A stretch of 64,000 bases of DNA from an uncultured delta proteobacterium (GCA_963695875.1 CAVOID010000005.1:128001-192000); one strand, 5' to 3'; counted from the stretch's first letter, positions 29,909-42,400 are shown. Program-made: numbers and translations. The notes: a model not told the origin generated them from the sequence alone.

Positions 29909-30319
29909 CTAAATGAACGATACCTCTTGTGTCGCTGCCGAGACTACGAAACAGCGTTCATTGTTGGATTGAGAATCAGCTGGATGTATGAAGAAGCCGG
30001 GGCGGCCCGGCTGATATCCATGGGTCGTGCCTACTAGAACTTCCCCATCCTTAAAAATTACCCGGATCTTGCGCCCAACAACCGTTTTATCGGCTTCCAA
30101 CTCTTTTTTATCGTTATACTCCGGATTTCCTTCAAACGTTTTGACAAAAAAAACGGCTTTGAGCTCCTGTATGGACACCTTGATAGTCTTGGTTCCTGGC
30201 GGTGCATTCACGGGGGAAAGATGGAACAAATCCTTGTTAGGAAAAAAGTCACTGGTCACACCCTTATTAATGCGCCCGTCTTGATAGCGAACCACGATCT
30301 TATTTTGGATCATCTGCAC
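29909..30319 (-). CDS. Conserved hypothetical protein (DUF6982-like)
   Basis: Internal duplication KIVVRYQDG / KIRVIFKDGE, LKAVFFVK, GFFIHPAD..SNNER. Confidence 0.65.
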   Translation of the reverse strand: MQMIQNKIVVRYQDGRINKGVTSDFFPNKDLFHLSPVNAPPGTKTIKVSIQELKAVFFVKTFEGNPEYNDKKELEADKTVVGRKIRVIFKDGEVLVGTTHGYQPGRPGFFIHPADSQSNNERCFVVSAATQEVSFI

Positions 30320-30871
30320 CCTCCTTGGATGTAATCTACTTTAACATATAAATAGCAAATTTCAGAAGTAAATACTGCATATCATTTAACCTTCACACAA
30401 ATTTTATACCACATTTTTAATTATAGTTCTGCAATTTTGATAAATTTCAATCTCGGTGCTGGAGTCAAATTTTTCATTTGCTACTGAAGGGATTTTTTCT
30501 TTTGACAGGCGTCTTTTAAATTGGTGACACTATTACCTATCCTTTTTACCCAATCTTTTGTCCTGCTATTGGTAGGTTATACCTACAATTGTTCTATACG
30601 TTTAACACACATTGTGTTCCGCTGATTGTGGTGCTACTTAACACAAAATGATCTAATAAAAATAACAGGTGTGCGACGAAGATTTCCATAGCCGTAGATT
30701 TCGAACGGGGATTGGATTAGGGGCGCTCAGCAGATCAAGAAATCCTTCGCATATGAACCAGCGCGGGTACCGGGGCACCTTGTTCTCTACAATAGTTATT
30801 GAGCTGTGGAATGCAAGCGCTGCCATCATGAGGCCAAAAGGGGCACCAATTCTTTATAATTTAATTTGGAG

Positions 30872-32266
30872 ATGGAGAAGCGATTATTGTTAAAAATAAC
30901 CGGTGCCGGCAGAGCGGCTGTGATAACGGTGAGCCTCTTCATAACCCTGCTTGTTGTTGTGCCAAGAGTCACCGGAGACGAACGGGCACTTTCCCTGACG
31001 GAAGCCATTGCGATTGCGCTGAAGGATAATCATGAGCTGAAGGCTTTCGGTTATGCACTCAGTGCCGAAGGCGAGAATGTCGGCATAGCCCGAAGCGCAC
31101 TCCTCCCCCGTCTTTCTTTCGAAGAGCGTTACATGCGGACGAATAACCCGCCGGCTTCGTTTGCCGCAAAGCTCAACCAGCAGCGCTTCTCGCAGCAGGA
31201 CTTTGCCATCGATACACTTAATAACCCCAGTCCGATTGACGACTACCAGACTTCTTTCCTTATTCAACAGCCCCTTTTCTCCCGGAAAGCCATGCTTGGT
31301 CTCGATATGTCAAGGGTTCAGCGGGAGGCCAGAGAGAAGGAATTTAGCCGCAAGAAGCAGGAGATCGTCTTCCACGTCGTCAAGACATTTCTTTCTGTGC
31401 AGACGGCGCGGGAGCATGTTTCGGCAGCTGACCGTGGTATAGAGGATGCCCTGGAGCACAAACGGATAGCGCAACTGCGCTATGATACCGGTCTGGGTCT
31501 CTATTCCGATGTTTTGAGGACATCCACGGCGCTTGCCGAGGCACAGCAGAAACTCATCAGTGCAAATACTTCGCTAAATGTCTCCAGAAGGGCGCTGGGC
31601 TTGCTCCTCGGGCTTTCTGAGCCGGTCGGTGTCTCCACAGAACCAGTTGAACTTCCTGAGAGAACACTCGAGACCCATGTGCAGTTGTCGTCTTCACGAA
31701 ATGACGTGAAGGCTGTCGAACTCTATGTTGAGAACGCGCGAAACAATGTCAGACTTACCGAGGCCGGTTATTTCCCGACAGTAAGCGTGGACGGCTCATA
31801 CCAGTTCAACGACCACCGGCAGCCATTCGGCTCTGAAGGTGAAAGCTGGGCTGTGCAGGCTTTTCTTCGCTGGGAACTCTTTGACGGCTTCAAGCGTGAA
31901 AAGGAACGGGCAAAGGCAAAATTCCAGGTTTCCCGTACAGAAGAACAGCTGGCGGCCCTCATAAAAGTTGTGTCATTCCAGGTCTACGAGGCATACCTTG
32001 GCGTGGAGGAGACCAGGAAAAACGTGGATCTTGCCGCATCGGCCCTCCGGACATCAGAAGAGGGTAAGCGCCTGGTGCAGATGAGATATAATGGCTCCCT
32101 CGCCCCGATCGTGGATCTTCTCGATGCCCAGTCAAACCTGGACCGCGCCAGGGCGGCGTATATTGTACGCCTGAACGATCACCGTCTTGCGCGCGCTCAT
32201 TTAAGTTACCAGAGCGGCTCGCTGCTTGCGGATCTCGATATCGTACAGGAGAAGCCGGAGGAATGA
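30872..32266 (+). CDS. TolC-family outer membrane efflux protein
   Basis: LSLTEAIAIAL, two LLP/YFP repeats, WELFDG, DLLDAQ. Confidence 0.9.
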   Translation: MEKRLLLKITGAGRAAVITVSLFITLLVVVPRVTGDERALSLTEAIAIALKDNHELKAFGYALSAEGENVGIARSALLPRLSFEERYMRTNNPPASFAAKLNQQRFSQQDFAIDTLNNPSPIDDYQTSFLIQQPLFSRKAMLGLDMSRVQREAREKEFSRKKQEIVFHVVKTFLSVQTAREHVSAADRGIEDALEHKRIAQLRYDTGLGLYSDVLRTSTALAEAQQKLISANTSLNVSRRALGLLLGLSEPVGVSTEPVELPERTLETHVQLSSSRNDVKAVELYVENARNNVRLTEAGYFPTVSVDGSYQFNDHRQPFGSEGESWAVQAFLRWELFDGFKREKERAKAKFQVSRTEEQLAALIKVVSFQVYEAYLGVEETRKNVDLAASALRTSEEGKRLVQMRYNGSLAPIVDLLDAQSNLDRARAAYIVRLNDHRLARAHLSYQSGSLLADLDIVQEKPEE

Positions 32267-32267
32267 A

Positions 32268-33413
32268 ATGAATGACCACATTTGCTTGAAGGAGAGAATG
32301 CAGAAGATGATGTTCCGGGCAGGAAGACGCTATGTCTCATTGTCAATGGCACTCATGAGTTTTATGGCCATGGCGATGTTTGTCGCGGGATGCGGTGAAA
32401 AGGTCTCACCGGGAACGGCAGCAGTGGAGCGCATACCCGTTTCAGGCGTTACCATCGCCGACATCAAGCCTTCACAAGTCGATGATTACTATGAGACATC
32501 GGGAACGGTCAAAGCAAGGAATATCGGCGTCATTTCAAGCAAGACCATGGGAAGCATCACCTTTATTGCCGTCAAGGAAGGTGAGCAGGTGAAGAAGGGG
32601 CAGGTTCTGCTCACGATTGACGACCGTGATGTGGCCGAAAAGGTCAGGGCGGCTCAGAATGCGGTTGCCTCCGCACAGGAGCAAAAGAAATTGGCCGATG
32701 TAACCCTGGGACGCTACAAAAAGCTATATGATGAAAAAGCCCTCTCACGGCAGGAATTCGACCAGGTAGAAACTCAGAAGAATGTGGCAGAAAGCGAGTA
32801 CGAACGGGCAAAGGCGATTCTGAGGGAAGCGGAGGCCATACAGGGATATACCCGTGTGAGGGCGCCATTCTCAGGTATAGTCACGGGCAAGAAGATTGAC
32901 ACTGGAAGCATGGCAGTTCCGGGCATGCAGCTTTTGACCGTCGAAGACACCTCTGCGTTTCTTGTCGAGGCCGCTATGGACGAAAGGCTTGCCGCGCACA
33001 TTAAACCCGGTATTCCGGTAAATGTTGCGATTGACTCAATTAACAGGAACATGAATGGTCGGATCTCAGAGGTGGTACCCTCAATCGACCCATCGACAAG
33101 AACATTCGTCGTCAAGATCACGGTGAGTGGGGCGGGGCTGAAAACAGGTCTCTATGCCAGGGTCAGAATCCCGACCGGCAGACGGGAGGCGCTCACTGTG
33201 CCCGCCTCTTCAATTGTTGAAAAAGGCCAGCTCACGGGCGTATACGCCGTGGACGCGAAAGGGATCGTCGCTTACCGCCTTGTGCGCATCGGCAATAATT
33301 TCGGCAACAGCGTGGAAGTCCTTTCCGGGCTTGTTCCCGGAGACAGAATCATCGTCGCGGGACTGGAAAAGGCTGTAGACGGGGGCATCATGACCGAGAC
33401 ACAGGGTAAATGA
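32268..33413 (+). CDS. RND efflux periplasmic adaptor
   Basis: Lipobox VAGC, VKEGEQVKKGQVL, VRAPFSGIV, IDPSTRTF; start uncertain. Confidence 0.9.
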   Translation: MNDHICLKERMQKMMFRAGRRYVSLSMALMSFMAMAMFVAGCGEKVSPGTAAVERIPVSGVTIADIKPSQVDDYYETSGTVKARNIGVISSKTMGSITFIAVKEGEQVKKGQVLLTIDDRDVAEKVRAAQNAVASAQEQKKLADVTLGRYKKLYDEKALSRQEFDQVETQKNVAESEYERAKAILREAEAIQGYTRVRAPFSGIVTGKKIDTGSMAVPGMQLLTVEDTSAFLVEAAMDERLAAHIKPGIPVNVAIDSINRNMNGRISEVVPSIDPSTRTFVVKITVSGAGLKTGLYARVRIPTGRREALTVPASSIVEKGQLTGVYAVDAKGIVAYRLVRIGNNFGNSVEVLSGLVPGDRIIVAGLEKAVDGGIMTETQGK

Positions 33414-33416
33414 CAA

Positions 33417-36400
33417 ATGGCAGATATCGGTATTTCGGGAAGAATTGCCAGGTCGTTTATCGTCTCCAAGCTGACGCCGCTGATCGTTATCGCTTCCATA
33501 TTGCTCGGCATTTTTTCCGTGATCGCTACACCGCGGGAAGAGGAACCGCAGATCCTTGTACCGATGATAGACGTCATGGTCAATTACCCCGGTGCGTCGG
33601 CCGGAGAAGTTGAATCGCGCGTCACCCGCCCGATGGAGCAACTGCTCTGGGAAATCAAAGGAGTCGAATACATTTACTCCATTGCCAGACCCGGCTCGAA
33701 TCTCACAATAGTAAGGTTCTACGTCGGTGAAAAGATGGAAGACAGCATCGTCAAGGTGTACAACAAGCTTATGTCGCACTATGACATCATCCCGCCCGGC
33801 GTCTCGCAACCTCTTGTCAAACCAAAATCTATAGACGATGTTCCGATCCTCGCCCTTACCCTCTGGAGTGCGAGTGGCCGCTATTCAGGTTATGATTTGC
33901 GGCGTATTGCTGCTGAACTTTCAAATGAAATAAAAAAAGACAAGGATGTTTCTGAATTCACACTCATCGGCGGCCAAAAGCGGCAGGTGCTGATCAGTAT
34001 TGATCCCACGCGACTCAAGGCATACCGGATGTCGCCTGTGCATATCATCGGAGGTCTCCAAAAAGCAAATTTCATTCTGCCATCCGGCTCATTCCCGAGC
34101 GGCAATAAAGAGTATCTCGTAGAAACGGGTGCCTTTCTCAAAAATGCCTCTGAAGTCGGCAATGTCGTAGTTGCGGCACAGAACGGCAAGCCCGTTTATC
34201 TGCGTGATGTCGCGCGTATTACGGATGGACCTGAAGAACCGGACAACTATGTGTTTATGGGTCTCGGTCCCGCCGCCGTCCGGAAAGGGATTACGGTCTC
34301 AACACAGGGAGAGCATGAAGCTGTCACAATCGCCATAGCGAAAAAAAAGGGTGCCAATGCCAGCATTGTCGCACGGGAGGCCCTGAGAAAAGTTGAAGCC
34401 TTGCGCGGCCCGCTCTTACCCTCTGACGTGCAGGTCGCCATTACCCGCAACTATGGAGACACGGCGAAGGAGAAATCGGACGAACTCCTCCAGCACATGT
34501 TGATCGCGACCATCTCAGTTGTCATACTTATTGCGCTTGCGCTCGGATGGCGCGAATCGGTCGTGGTGGCTGTGGCCGTGCCGGTAACGCTTGCCCTCAC
34601 GTTGCTTACTAATTATCTTTACGGCTACACTCTCAACAGGGTAACCCTCTTTGCCCTCATCTTCTCCATCGGCATCCTGGTGGATGATGCAATAGTCATC
34701 GTCGAAAATATACACCGTCATTTCAAGATGAACGGGGCTTCACCCGGGACAGCTGTGACCGCCGTCGATGAAGTAGGCAACCCCACGATCCTCGCTACCC
34801 TCGCGGTCATCGCCGCCCTTCTGCCCATGGCTTTCGTGTCCGGCCTCATGGGGCCTTACATGAGGCCTATACCTGTCGGGGCTTCGGCGGCTATGCTCTT
34901 TTCGCTCCTCGTGGCCTTTATCGTGAGTCCATGGCTCAGCTACAAGGTGTTGAAGAATGCGCCCATCGTTGATAGCGGAAGCGAGGGAAGAAGGCTCCAC
35001 GAATTATACGATAGGGCGCTTCGTCCCCTCCTCGAACATAGGAGGCGCCGGCTCTTTACTTTTGGCGCAGTTATCTGCCTTCTCGGTCTGGCAGTGCTTC
35101 TCGTGCCTCTGAAAATGGTAACTGTCAAGATGCTTCCCTTTGACAACAAGAGCGAGCTGCAAATGATCATCGATATGCCGGAAGGAGTGGCAATGGAGCA
35201 GACTGCCGCACTCGTCCGGGAGCTGGGGGAATACTTGAAGACCGTCCCCGAAGTAACAGACTACCAGTCATACATCGGCACAGCGGCGCCTTACAATTTC
35301 AACGGCCTCGTGCGTCACTATTTTCTGCGCTCCGGCAGCAATGTCGCGGACATCCAGGTGAATTTCGTTGCCAAGGACAAACGAAAAGCACAGAGTCATG
35401 ATATAGCAAAGCGCCTTCGCCCCGGGGTCGAGGCAATCGGCGGCCGCTATGGCGCCAGAATAAAGATAGCTGAAATCCCGCCGGGCCCGCCTGTTCTCGA
35501 CACGCTCGTAGCCGAGATCTATGGTCCTGATCCGAAACGTCAGATTGGGATCGCCGGAGAGATTATGAATATCTTCCAGAGCACGGCGGGCGTGGTGGAT
35601 GTGGACTGGTATGTCGAGGCCGACCGAAAGAAAATTACGTTGGACGTTGACAGAGAAAAAGCAGCGCTCAACAGCATAAGCACGGAGTCTGCGGCGCAGA
35701 CCCTGATGATAGCGTTGAAAGGAACGGGGGTAGGTCTCGTCCATATGGAGCGCGAAAGGGAACCAGTTGAGCTCTTCATGCGTATGCCCATTGCGCTGCG
35801 CGCCGACTTCGCATCGTTGAAGGAAGCCGCCGTTTTATCCCCGTCAGGATCGCTCATCCCCCTTTCCGAACTGGTAACCGTAAAAGAGGGTATCGAGGAC
35901 AAGACCATTTACCACAAGAACCTGAAAAGAGTCACATACGTGATTGGTGATGTCGCGGGCGTCGAAGAGAGCCCTGTTTATGCAATCCTCAAGATGAGGG
36001 ATAAAATCAAAAAACTGCGGCTCCCTGAAGGATATGAATTGCAGCAGTACTCTACCATCCAGCCCCCGCTCGAACAGCGCTACTCGATGAAATGGGACGG
36101 GGAATGGCACATCACCTACGAAGTCTTCAGGGACCTCGGCGTCGCATTTGCTGCGGTACTCGTCCTCATCTATATACTTGTCGTCGCCTGGTTCCGGAAT
36201 TTCTTGATCCCTCTTGTCATCATGGCGCCGATCCCCCTCACCCTGGTGGGCATCCTGCCCGGCCATTGGGCATTCGGTGCATTTTTCACCGCAACTTCCA
36301 TGATCGGTTTCATAGCGCTTTCGGGAATAATTGTGAGGAATTCAATCCTGCTTGTCGACTTTGTCCAACTGGAATGTCGTGAAGAAGCTGACCTGAAGGA

Positions 36401-36644
36401 TGCCGTAATAAGGGCGGGCGCGGTGCGCTTCAGGCCCATCGCGCTGACTGCGGCAGCGGTTGTTGTCGGCTCCTTCGTCATTCTCTTTGATCCCATCTTT
36501 CAGGGACTGGCTATCGCGATGATGTTCGGTGCTCTGGCGGCAACAGGCCTTACGCTCATCGTCGTGCCGTTGCTCTATTATGAAATTTTCAAAGACCGTC
36601 CTATTTCCGCTAAACAGGCAGGGAAGGACTTGCCGGTGCAGTAA
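33417..36644 (+). CDS. RND efflux permease (AcrB family)
   Basis: 1075 aa; [25 protein letters not shown]. Confidence 0.95.
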   Translation: MADIGISGRIARSFIVSKLTPLIVIASILLGIFSVIATPREEEPQILVPMIDVMVNYPGASAGEVESRVTRPMEQLLWEIKGVEYIYSIARPGSNLTIVRFYVGEKMEDSIVKVYNKLMSHYDIIPPGVSQPLVKPKSIDDVPILALTLWSASGRYSGYDLRRIAAELSNEIKKDKDVSEFTLIGGQKRQVLISIDPTRLKAYRMSPVHIIGGLQKANFILPSGSFPSGNKEYLVETGAFLKNASEVGNVVVAAQNGKPVYLRDVARITDGPEEPDNYVFMGLGPAAVRKGITVSTQGEHEAVTIAIAKKKGANASIVAREALRKVEALRGPLLPSDVQVAITRNYGDTAKEKSDELLQHMLIATISVVILIALALGWRESVVVAVAVPVTLALTLLTNYLYGYTLNRVTLFALIFSIGILVDDAIVIVENIHRHFKMNGASPGTAVTAVDEVGNPTILATLAVIAALLPMAFVSGLMGPYMRPIPVGASAAMLFSLLVAFIVSPWLSYKVLKNAPIVDSGSEGRRLHELYDRALRPLLEHRRRRLFTFGAVICLLGLAVLLVPLKMVTVKMLPFDNKSELQMIIDMPEGVAMEQTAALVRELGEYLKTVPEVTDYQSYIGTAAPYNFNGLVRHYFLRSGSNVADIQVNFVAKDKRKAQSHDIAKRLRPGVEAIGGRYGARIKIAEIPPGPPVLDTLVAEIYGPDPKRQIGIAGEIMNIFQSTAGVVDVDWYVEADRKKITLDVDREKAALNSISTESAAQTLMIALKGTGVGLVHMEREREPVELFMRMPIALRADFASLKEAAVLSPSGSLIPLSELVTVKEGIEDKTIYHKNLKRVTYVIGDVAGVEESPVYAILKMRDKIKKLRLPEGYELQQYSTIQPPLEQRYSMKWDGEWHITYEVFRDLGVAFAAVLVLIYILVVAWFRNFLIPLVIMAPIPLTLVGILPGHWAFGAFFTATSMIGFIALSGIIVRNSILLVDFVQLECREEADLKDAVIRAGAVRFRPIALTAAAVVVGSFVILFDPIFQGLAIAMMFGALAATGLTLIVVPLLYYEIFKDRPISAKQAGKDLPVQ

Positions 36645-36657
36645 AGGAGGTATCACC

Positions 36658-36882
36658 ATGTATATGGCAAACACCGAAAGCTGGTATCTTGAACGTGCGG
36701 TCTTTCTGATCGCGGGTACATTCACGCTTGCGAGCGCATTTCTCGCGTGGCTCCATAGCCTGTACTGGCTTATCTTCACAGCTCTGGTCGGCATCAATCT
36801 CATTATCCTCGCTCTCACAGGGTTCTGCGCAATGGCAAACCTTTTGTTGAAACTGGGATTTAAGCCGCGCCTGCAAAGATAA
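36658..36882 (+). CDS. DUF2892 (YgaP-like) membrane protein
   Basis: LERAVFLIAG...VGINL...TGFC; RBS AAGGAGG. Confidence 0.85.
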   Translation: MYMANTESWYLERAVFLIAGTFTLASAFLAWLHSLYWLIFTALVGINLIILALTGFCAMANLLLKLGFKPRLQR

Positions 36883-36998
36883 ATAGCAAAGGTCCGACTT
36901 GCCTATTGTCTTCACAACGGAGCGACTTTGAGGAAAACGATTACGAATAAAAACGTTCGATGACATACCGGTATAATATGTTTTTGGTTGCTTAAGAC

Positions 36999-37142
36999 AC
37001 CTCGCCCCTTGGGCATATCAGCCGTTACACACCCACAGGGCCGGAAGTGGCCATTGCAATCGGTGTCTGGGCTATGGGGTTTTTAATTATCACGGTGCTT
37101 TACAAGATTTTTCTCTCCGTCAGAGAGACAGAGGAGATGTAA
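36999..37142 (+). pseudogene. C-terminal remnant of a DsrP/NrfD-like membrane subunit
   Basis: SPLGHISRYTPTGPEVAIAIGVWAMGFLIITVLYKIFLSVR; in-frame TAA immediately upstream and no start codon. Confidence 0.6.
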
Positions 37143-37202
37143 TGGGTTCCACCCTTAAGAATGGAATATTTTGATCGTTTCGATTAATAAGGAGGCAGCA
37201 AA

Positions 37203-37679
37203 ATGCCAGGCGAAGAGAAGGACTTACTGGGAGAGTCCCTGACGGGCTATAAAGAAAAAATCGTTCCAATCACAAAGGCGACCCTGAAATGGGATAAGGA
37301 CCTTATCTTTGTCGGCATGACCCAGCAGGGATATGAGATAGAATTCGATGCCCAGGCCCAATGGGGATGCAAACCGACAGAGGCGCTTCTTCTAAGTCTC
37401 GCTGGTTGCATGGGGATCGATGTGGTGATGTTCTTGCAGAAGATGAGGGTCCAACTGGCAAGTTTTAAGATTGAACTCGCGGGCGAGAGGAATCCGACAC
37501 CTCCGCAGTATTTCAAAGCCATTGAAATGGTCTTCTACATCACAGGAAAGAGCCTTAATCCCGAAAAGGTTGATCGCGCCATATCCTTGTCTCAGGCTAA
37601 GTATTGTTCTGTTTATAACTCCCTCCGCCGGGATCTGGAAATGAAAGTGCGATATGTGATAGAGGAGAAAGAACGTTGA
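37203..37679 (+). CDS. OsmC-family protein
   Basis: PTEALLLSLAGCMGIDV, LSQAKYCSV. Confidence 0.9.
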   Translation: MPGEEKDLLGESLTGYKEKIVPITKATLKWDKDLIFVGMTQQGYEIEFDAQAQWGCKPTEALLLSLAGCMGIDVVMFLQKMRVQLASFKIELAGERNPTPPQYFKAIEMVFYITGKSLNPEKVDRAISLSQAKYCSVYNSLRRDLEMKVRYVIEEKER

Positions 37680-37797
37680 AAATGGTAAGATGACATCCTT
37701 CAAGGTAATGCTCAATATCTCATCCAAGGATCGTGAAGGGGCCTTACCAGTTTAGGTTCAAATATTTTGATGATTGGTTCGGGATACCAGAGGGATT

Positions 37798-38944
37798 TCA
37801 AACTCCATCCTGGATGTAATTGAAATCCAGTTTCATGGAAAGTTCCGCCTTTTCCAGTTCCTTCCCCAGATAGGCAGCATGAGAGAGCTGAGTAATCCAG
37901 CCTTTTTTTATGATTGTACGATACAGGCTCCTGGCATCTTTTCCTTCAACGACCCGAAGAAACCGGTTGTCATTGGTGTAGTGCTCGACCGAGATGATCC
38001 CTTTTCCTCGCATGGGAAGGATGACGAAGTATCCTGCCTTGTCCAGCTCCACCTTTGGTATTTCTTCCGCTTGAATGACTTCAATAGGGGCAATGGTCAA
38101 AGGTTTCACGACTCGGGCAAATTCTTTCTTACCACAGGAAAGGTGCATCTTCTTGGCAAAGGACCTGACGTTTCCTGCCACATGCTTGGCGTCCTCGCAT
38201 CCGATCATATCGACGACCTTGACCTGGTTGCGGAAGGCCTCCACTTCTTCCCGTGTGACATTCTTCAGGACCGGCCGCCTGCCCGGCGACCCGATCACTC
38301 TCATGCTCTCATCTACACCACTTTCACACAGGGATAGAAGTGTGGCGCCGCTTCGGTGACCCTCGGGGTCTTTGCCGGCGACAATCAGGATGTGTATGGA
38401 GGGGTTGGTGATTGTATTCTTGATAATCTTGTCAATGCCGATGTTTTCCGTTTCTGTCTTTCCGACGATGCAGAGATCCTTCGGTGCAAGACGGGCAAGT
38501 TCTCCTGCCAGGGAGATGCTTGACAGGGTGGAGACGGCAATATGGCAGGCCTGATTTTCACAGAGAACAAAATATTCGCCGGCCACGGGGGGCCAGGCAG
38601 CGGCCGTTACCTCAAGCTCGGCAACTGAGTGAAGCCGATTCCTCCATTCCGGGAAAGGCCTCAGGAAAAAGGTTCATCGCTACCGCCGGGTAGCAGTGCT
38701 CGCATCCCAGTCAGGTATACATACTCTCCTCAGTTTTCCCGAGCCAGGCTTCCACCTTCTCCCGAAGATCGCGAGCATCCTGATCCTTGGTGGCTGCCAG
38801 GTTGTCGCGGATTTCTTCCAATGCACCCTTCATGCAGCCGCACTTCCTGCACTTTGAAAGAGCGATGCCTTTTTCGAATTCGGATGTCAGTGTTTCCAGT
38901 TTTTCGCCCGTGGATATGTTTGTGTCCTTCTTGTCCTTGCTCAT
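37798..38944 (-). CDS. Probable selenoprotein (U78): Cys-rich domain + MtrA-like corrinoid domain + DUF4346-like domain; one +1 frameshift near 38620
   Basis: KCRKCGCM...YT-TGA(38713-38711)-LGCEHCYPA, then WPPVAGEY, TENIGIDKII.N.ITNPSI, EGHRSG, LDKAGYFVI, HAAYLGKELEKAE. Confidence 0.78.
38679..38694 (-). promoter_or_regulatory. Candidate SECIS hairpin
   Basis: Minus strand GCTACC-CGGC-GGTAGC, perfect 6-bp stem; loop G at +24. Confidence 0.5.
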
Positions 38945-38947
38945 TAT

Positions 38948-39163
38948 TTAGGTTTTCTCTTTCTTTAGCTTTTCAATTTCTTCCTTGAGTTCCCGCATCT
39001 CCTTCCTCAATTCATCCACTTCATCGTAGCTCCTGCCACGGCAAAAGAATCCGCGGCCACCGAAGAACTGGGCGAGAACGAAAAGTACCACAATCATGAA
39101 AATCAGGCCCATCAACGGAAACATGAACCATCCACCCCACATCGGAGGACCATTCCACCACAT
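38948..39163 (-). CDS. Small membrane protein (TM + coiled coil)
   Basis: RBS AAGGAGGTG; its stop lies 3 nt before the next start; similar to 61194-61406. Confidence 0.7.
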   Translation of the reverse strand: MWWNGPPMWGGWFMFPLMGLIFMIVVLFVLAQFFGGRGFFCRGRSYDEVDELRKEMRELKEEIEKLKKEKT

Positions 39164-39427
39164 ATTATTTCACCTCCTTGAGCCAATACCGCATAAACGG
39201 GGGCCACATGGGAAAGATGCCTATCTTCCCTTGAGCTCCTCAATAGGTTTTTCGTCATACATATAATAAGATTTCATTTACATAAACATTCACTTATAAA
39301 TTAAGCTTCGTATAATTGAGTGTCAAGAAGAACTTTGACAGAAGAATTTTACAGATGTCAGACAGGTTTGAAAAGGGGTCAGCAAGCACAAACCCAACAA
39401 ATGGAACCGGGCGCCTTTCCAGTCCGC

Positions 39428-42400
39428 TTATTCTTCGACTGCGAGGCTCAATTGTCCGTCTAAAGTTCGTGACCGTGGCACCTTCGGGGCTTCTCGTGCA
39501 GAAGCCGGCACAGGGGGAAGTTCCGACGCGGTGAAAAGCTCACTATCAAGAACGGCTTCAAGAAGCCGTTTCTGTTTCGCATACCCTGCCGTTGTATGCT
39601 CCAGGACCCAGAGCAATTCCAGAAGTTCTCGTGGTAAACTCGCGTGTCCAGACGCGAGGCCGGATATCGTCAAGGGGCGATGACTTTCTTCCCGCTCCGC
39701 TCCCTCATGCGATAGCCCAGCCATGACTGCAATACTTTCAGACCCGATACTTCAAACTCCCATACCTCGAGACGACACCGGGGCAAAAACGCCGTCGCCG
39801 ACATAGAGCTTCTTGCCGGTGTCTTCATAATAAAATTCATTCGGATACTTGTCTTCCTGATCGGAAACGGCCTTTATGCATTGAGCCTTGCCCTTCGGTA
39901 TCTGTCCTGCCGGATGGTCGGCGTCGTGCAATCGTTCGCCATAGGTATGCAGCCAGATCAATTCTTTGCCGAACTCCGATACCTTCGCAAAGAGTTTTTT
40001 GTCTTTCGTCAGAGGAACGCGCACTTCCTTGCTTGCAAGCTCGTCTGAGCAAATCGCCGCGTATATTCAGGCTGGGCCAAAACACCGTAAACATAACCAG
40101 CAAAATCTTCCGGCGTTACTGTTCGGCCAAATGATGTGCTTAGCATGTCCAAGCAAGCCAGGCAATATGTTCGGCTGTAGTGCATTCGCGTCACGATAAA
40201 GTGGCATGATCTCTTTAGCTCCAACTGATCCGCGAAAATGATGAAGGTCAGGGATATTTGCACTACACATGTCATTGCTGGACCATCGCCAAGTGGATGA
40301 TTGAACATAGCTTGATAGATATATTTGCTCGTTCACCATGTGCACCTGCCATAGCGGCGGGTCGCGGGCGTCGAAATCAGCGATCATCAGCAAGCAATAT
40401 ACTGTCGATCAAAAGAACGATAATGCATATCTGAACGATTTTATGTATTGGTTCATCTTGAGCCAATAACTTTATTGCGCTTGAGTTCTATACTCATCGT
40501 CAAATATGGTCTGCTGCTTCAAAGCAATTGTTCTGATCGCCGACTCTCCTTCATAGAGTTCTGCACGATTCAGTAGACCTCGAGGAGCGCCTTCCAACGA
40601 CTCTTCCAGAACATCTTTCGATGGTGCCACTGGCCAAGTACGTTTAGCTTTGAACACCGTTATTTTGCCACGGAAACAAATCTGTAAAGCTCGGCCACTC
40701 GTGCAAAGTCACTTGTTGACAACAGGTCTGAACGGCGCCTGCCAATCATCCGGGTACAGATCTCCCATTTCAGAGCACTACTCGATTTTACAGAATCAAG
40801 GGCTTCGAGCTTTTTCTCTCGTGTCCCTTCAATGCGCGTATATCGGACAACAGCCGGAGTATCGGGATTCGGCTTTGCTTTGCGCCACGCCACGAAGATT
40901 GCCACCGGCGTCTGAATGGCAAAGACATTTTCATCCTTCCGTGTCCCGCGTCCTTCCCCTCCCAGGTCGATGATATCTATATGATCGCAGATCCTGCGCA
41001 TGTGCTCGCGGACGCCGACAAAGGCGTCACCGTCGAGATAGGACGATGCGGTGATGAAGGACAGGATGCCGGGGCCTGTAGCGGTCTTGTGCTCGAATAC
41101 TTTCCAGAGGGACCAGCGGATGAAATAGACATAGAGGTTGTAAAGGTTCTTGAGATGGACGCCATAACCGGCTGTGCGGGCAGGTTTCAAGAAATCTTCA
41201 AGAATCGCAGAAGCTTCGTATTTCTCATCACCATAACGCACCCAGCCGCCGGTGATTGCCTTATTATCTCCGCTGCTCGCTTCATGCCGACCATAGGGCG
41301 GATTACCGAGACACACAAGGACATGTTCTGCGTCCTTGATCTTGAGCGCCCGTTCGTGTTCCTGCGCTATGGGCTTGTGAAACAGCGGCGGCGCAGGCGG
41401 GTCGTGTGAGGAGATTCAAGGGTGTTCGTGAGATAGATACCAGGACCGGTGGAAGGCAGAGATGATGCCCTGCTTGCTTAGGGCCTGCGAGAAACGCAGT
41501 TGCGCGACGGCGTACGGGCCGACCATCCATTCAAAGCCGTGGAGGTTATGGACCAGCGAACGAGCGCCGCCTTTTACCGCTCCCGGGCCTTCCTCCTTTT
41601 CCACCCGTGCAAGGGCATGATCGACAATACCAAGAAGATAGGTTCCGGTTCCGACCGCCGGATCAAGCGTTGAAACTCCGGCCTCAACAAATCCCATATC
41701 TTTACCAAGGTGCTTTTGCAGGATTTCGTCTATCAGCCGCACCTGACAACGGACGACTTCAAGCGGAGTAAAGTAAATGCCCGCCTCTTTGCGTAATTTA
41801 GGATCGTAGCTTGCAAGAAAGTCCTCATAGAAAAAAAGCCACGGATCTTTTGTCGCCGATGTCGCCTTGAGCAGATCAGGTGGTATCTCGTGGATAACAC
41901 GCTGTGTCATGCTGAGGGATGCGCTGATTTCCTTCCTTGCTTCCTTGTCGGTCAGGAATTCGAGCGATCGGGAAAGCAGCGAGTGATGATGTTCGAGCGT
42001 GTCGTAAGTCTTACGAAGGTCAAGAACATCCGCGCCTTCCATCTGCCCCAGCAGCAAGGCAAAGATGACCGTTTGGGCGTAGGCGTCGGCAAATTGCTCA
42101 TCGTTTGCGTCAGGGAAAAGGAGCGCCTTGATCTCAGTCTTGAGCGAGTGCATGGGCGAGGCAGTATCTTCGAGAGAGTCCAAGACCTCCTCGCGGATAA
42201 GGCGGCAGAAGGGAGCAAGGAAAGCAGCAAGCTCTTTCGGCTTCCTCGGGTACAATCGGCGTCCAGGTCGTAAAATCAGCAAAGAGCTGAAAAAGGTCTC
42301 TCGCGTTTGCTTCTGAGACAGCGTCCTTTCTGTCTGTGCGGATGTCTCCTGCAAAGCGGATGCGCTTTGCGAACAAGTCTCCATTCCGGTATAACGCCCA

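Noticed and set aside
38612..38614. Second TGA in the MtrA-like upstream frame as another Sec
   Set aside because: It arises only after the +1 shift; the conserved WPPVAGEY is in the other frame.
37798..38944. Evidence for methanogenesis or HgcA-type mercury methylation
   Set aside because: No other mtr subunits, and no HgcA cap-helix motif (NVWCAAGK) or TM domain; only an MtrA-like domain is supported.
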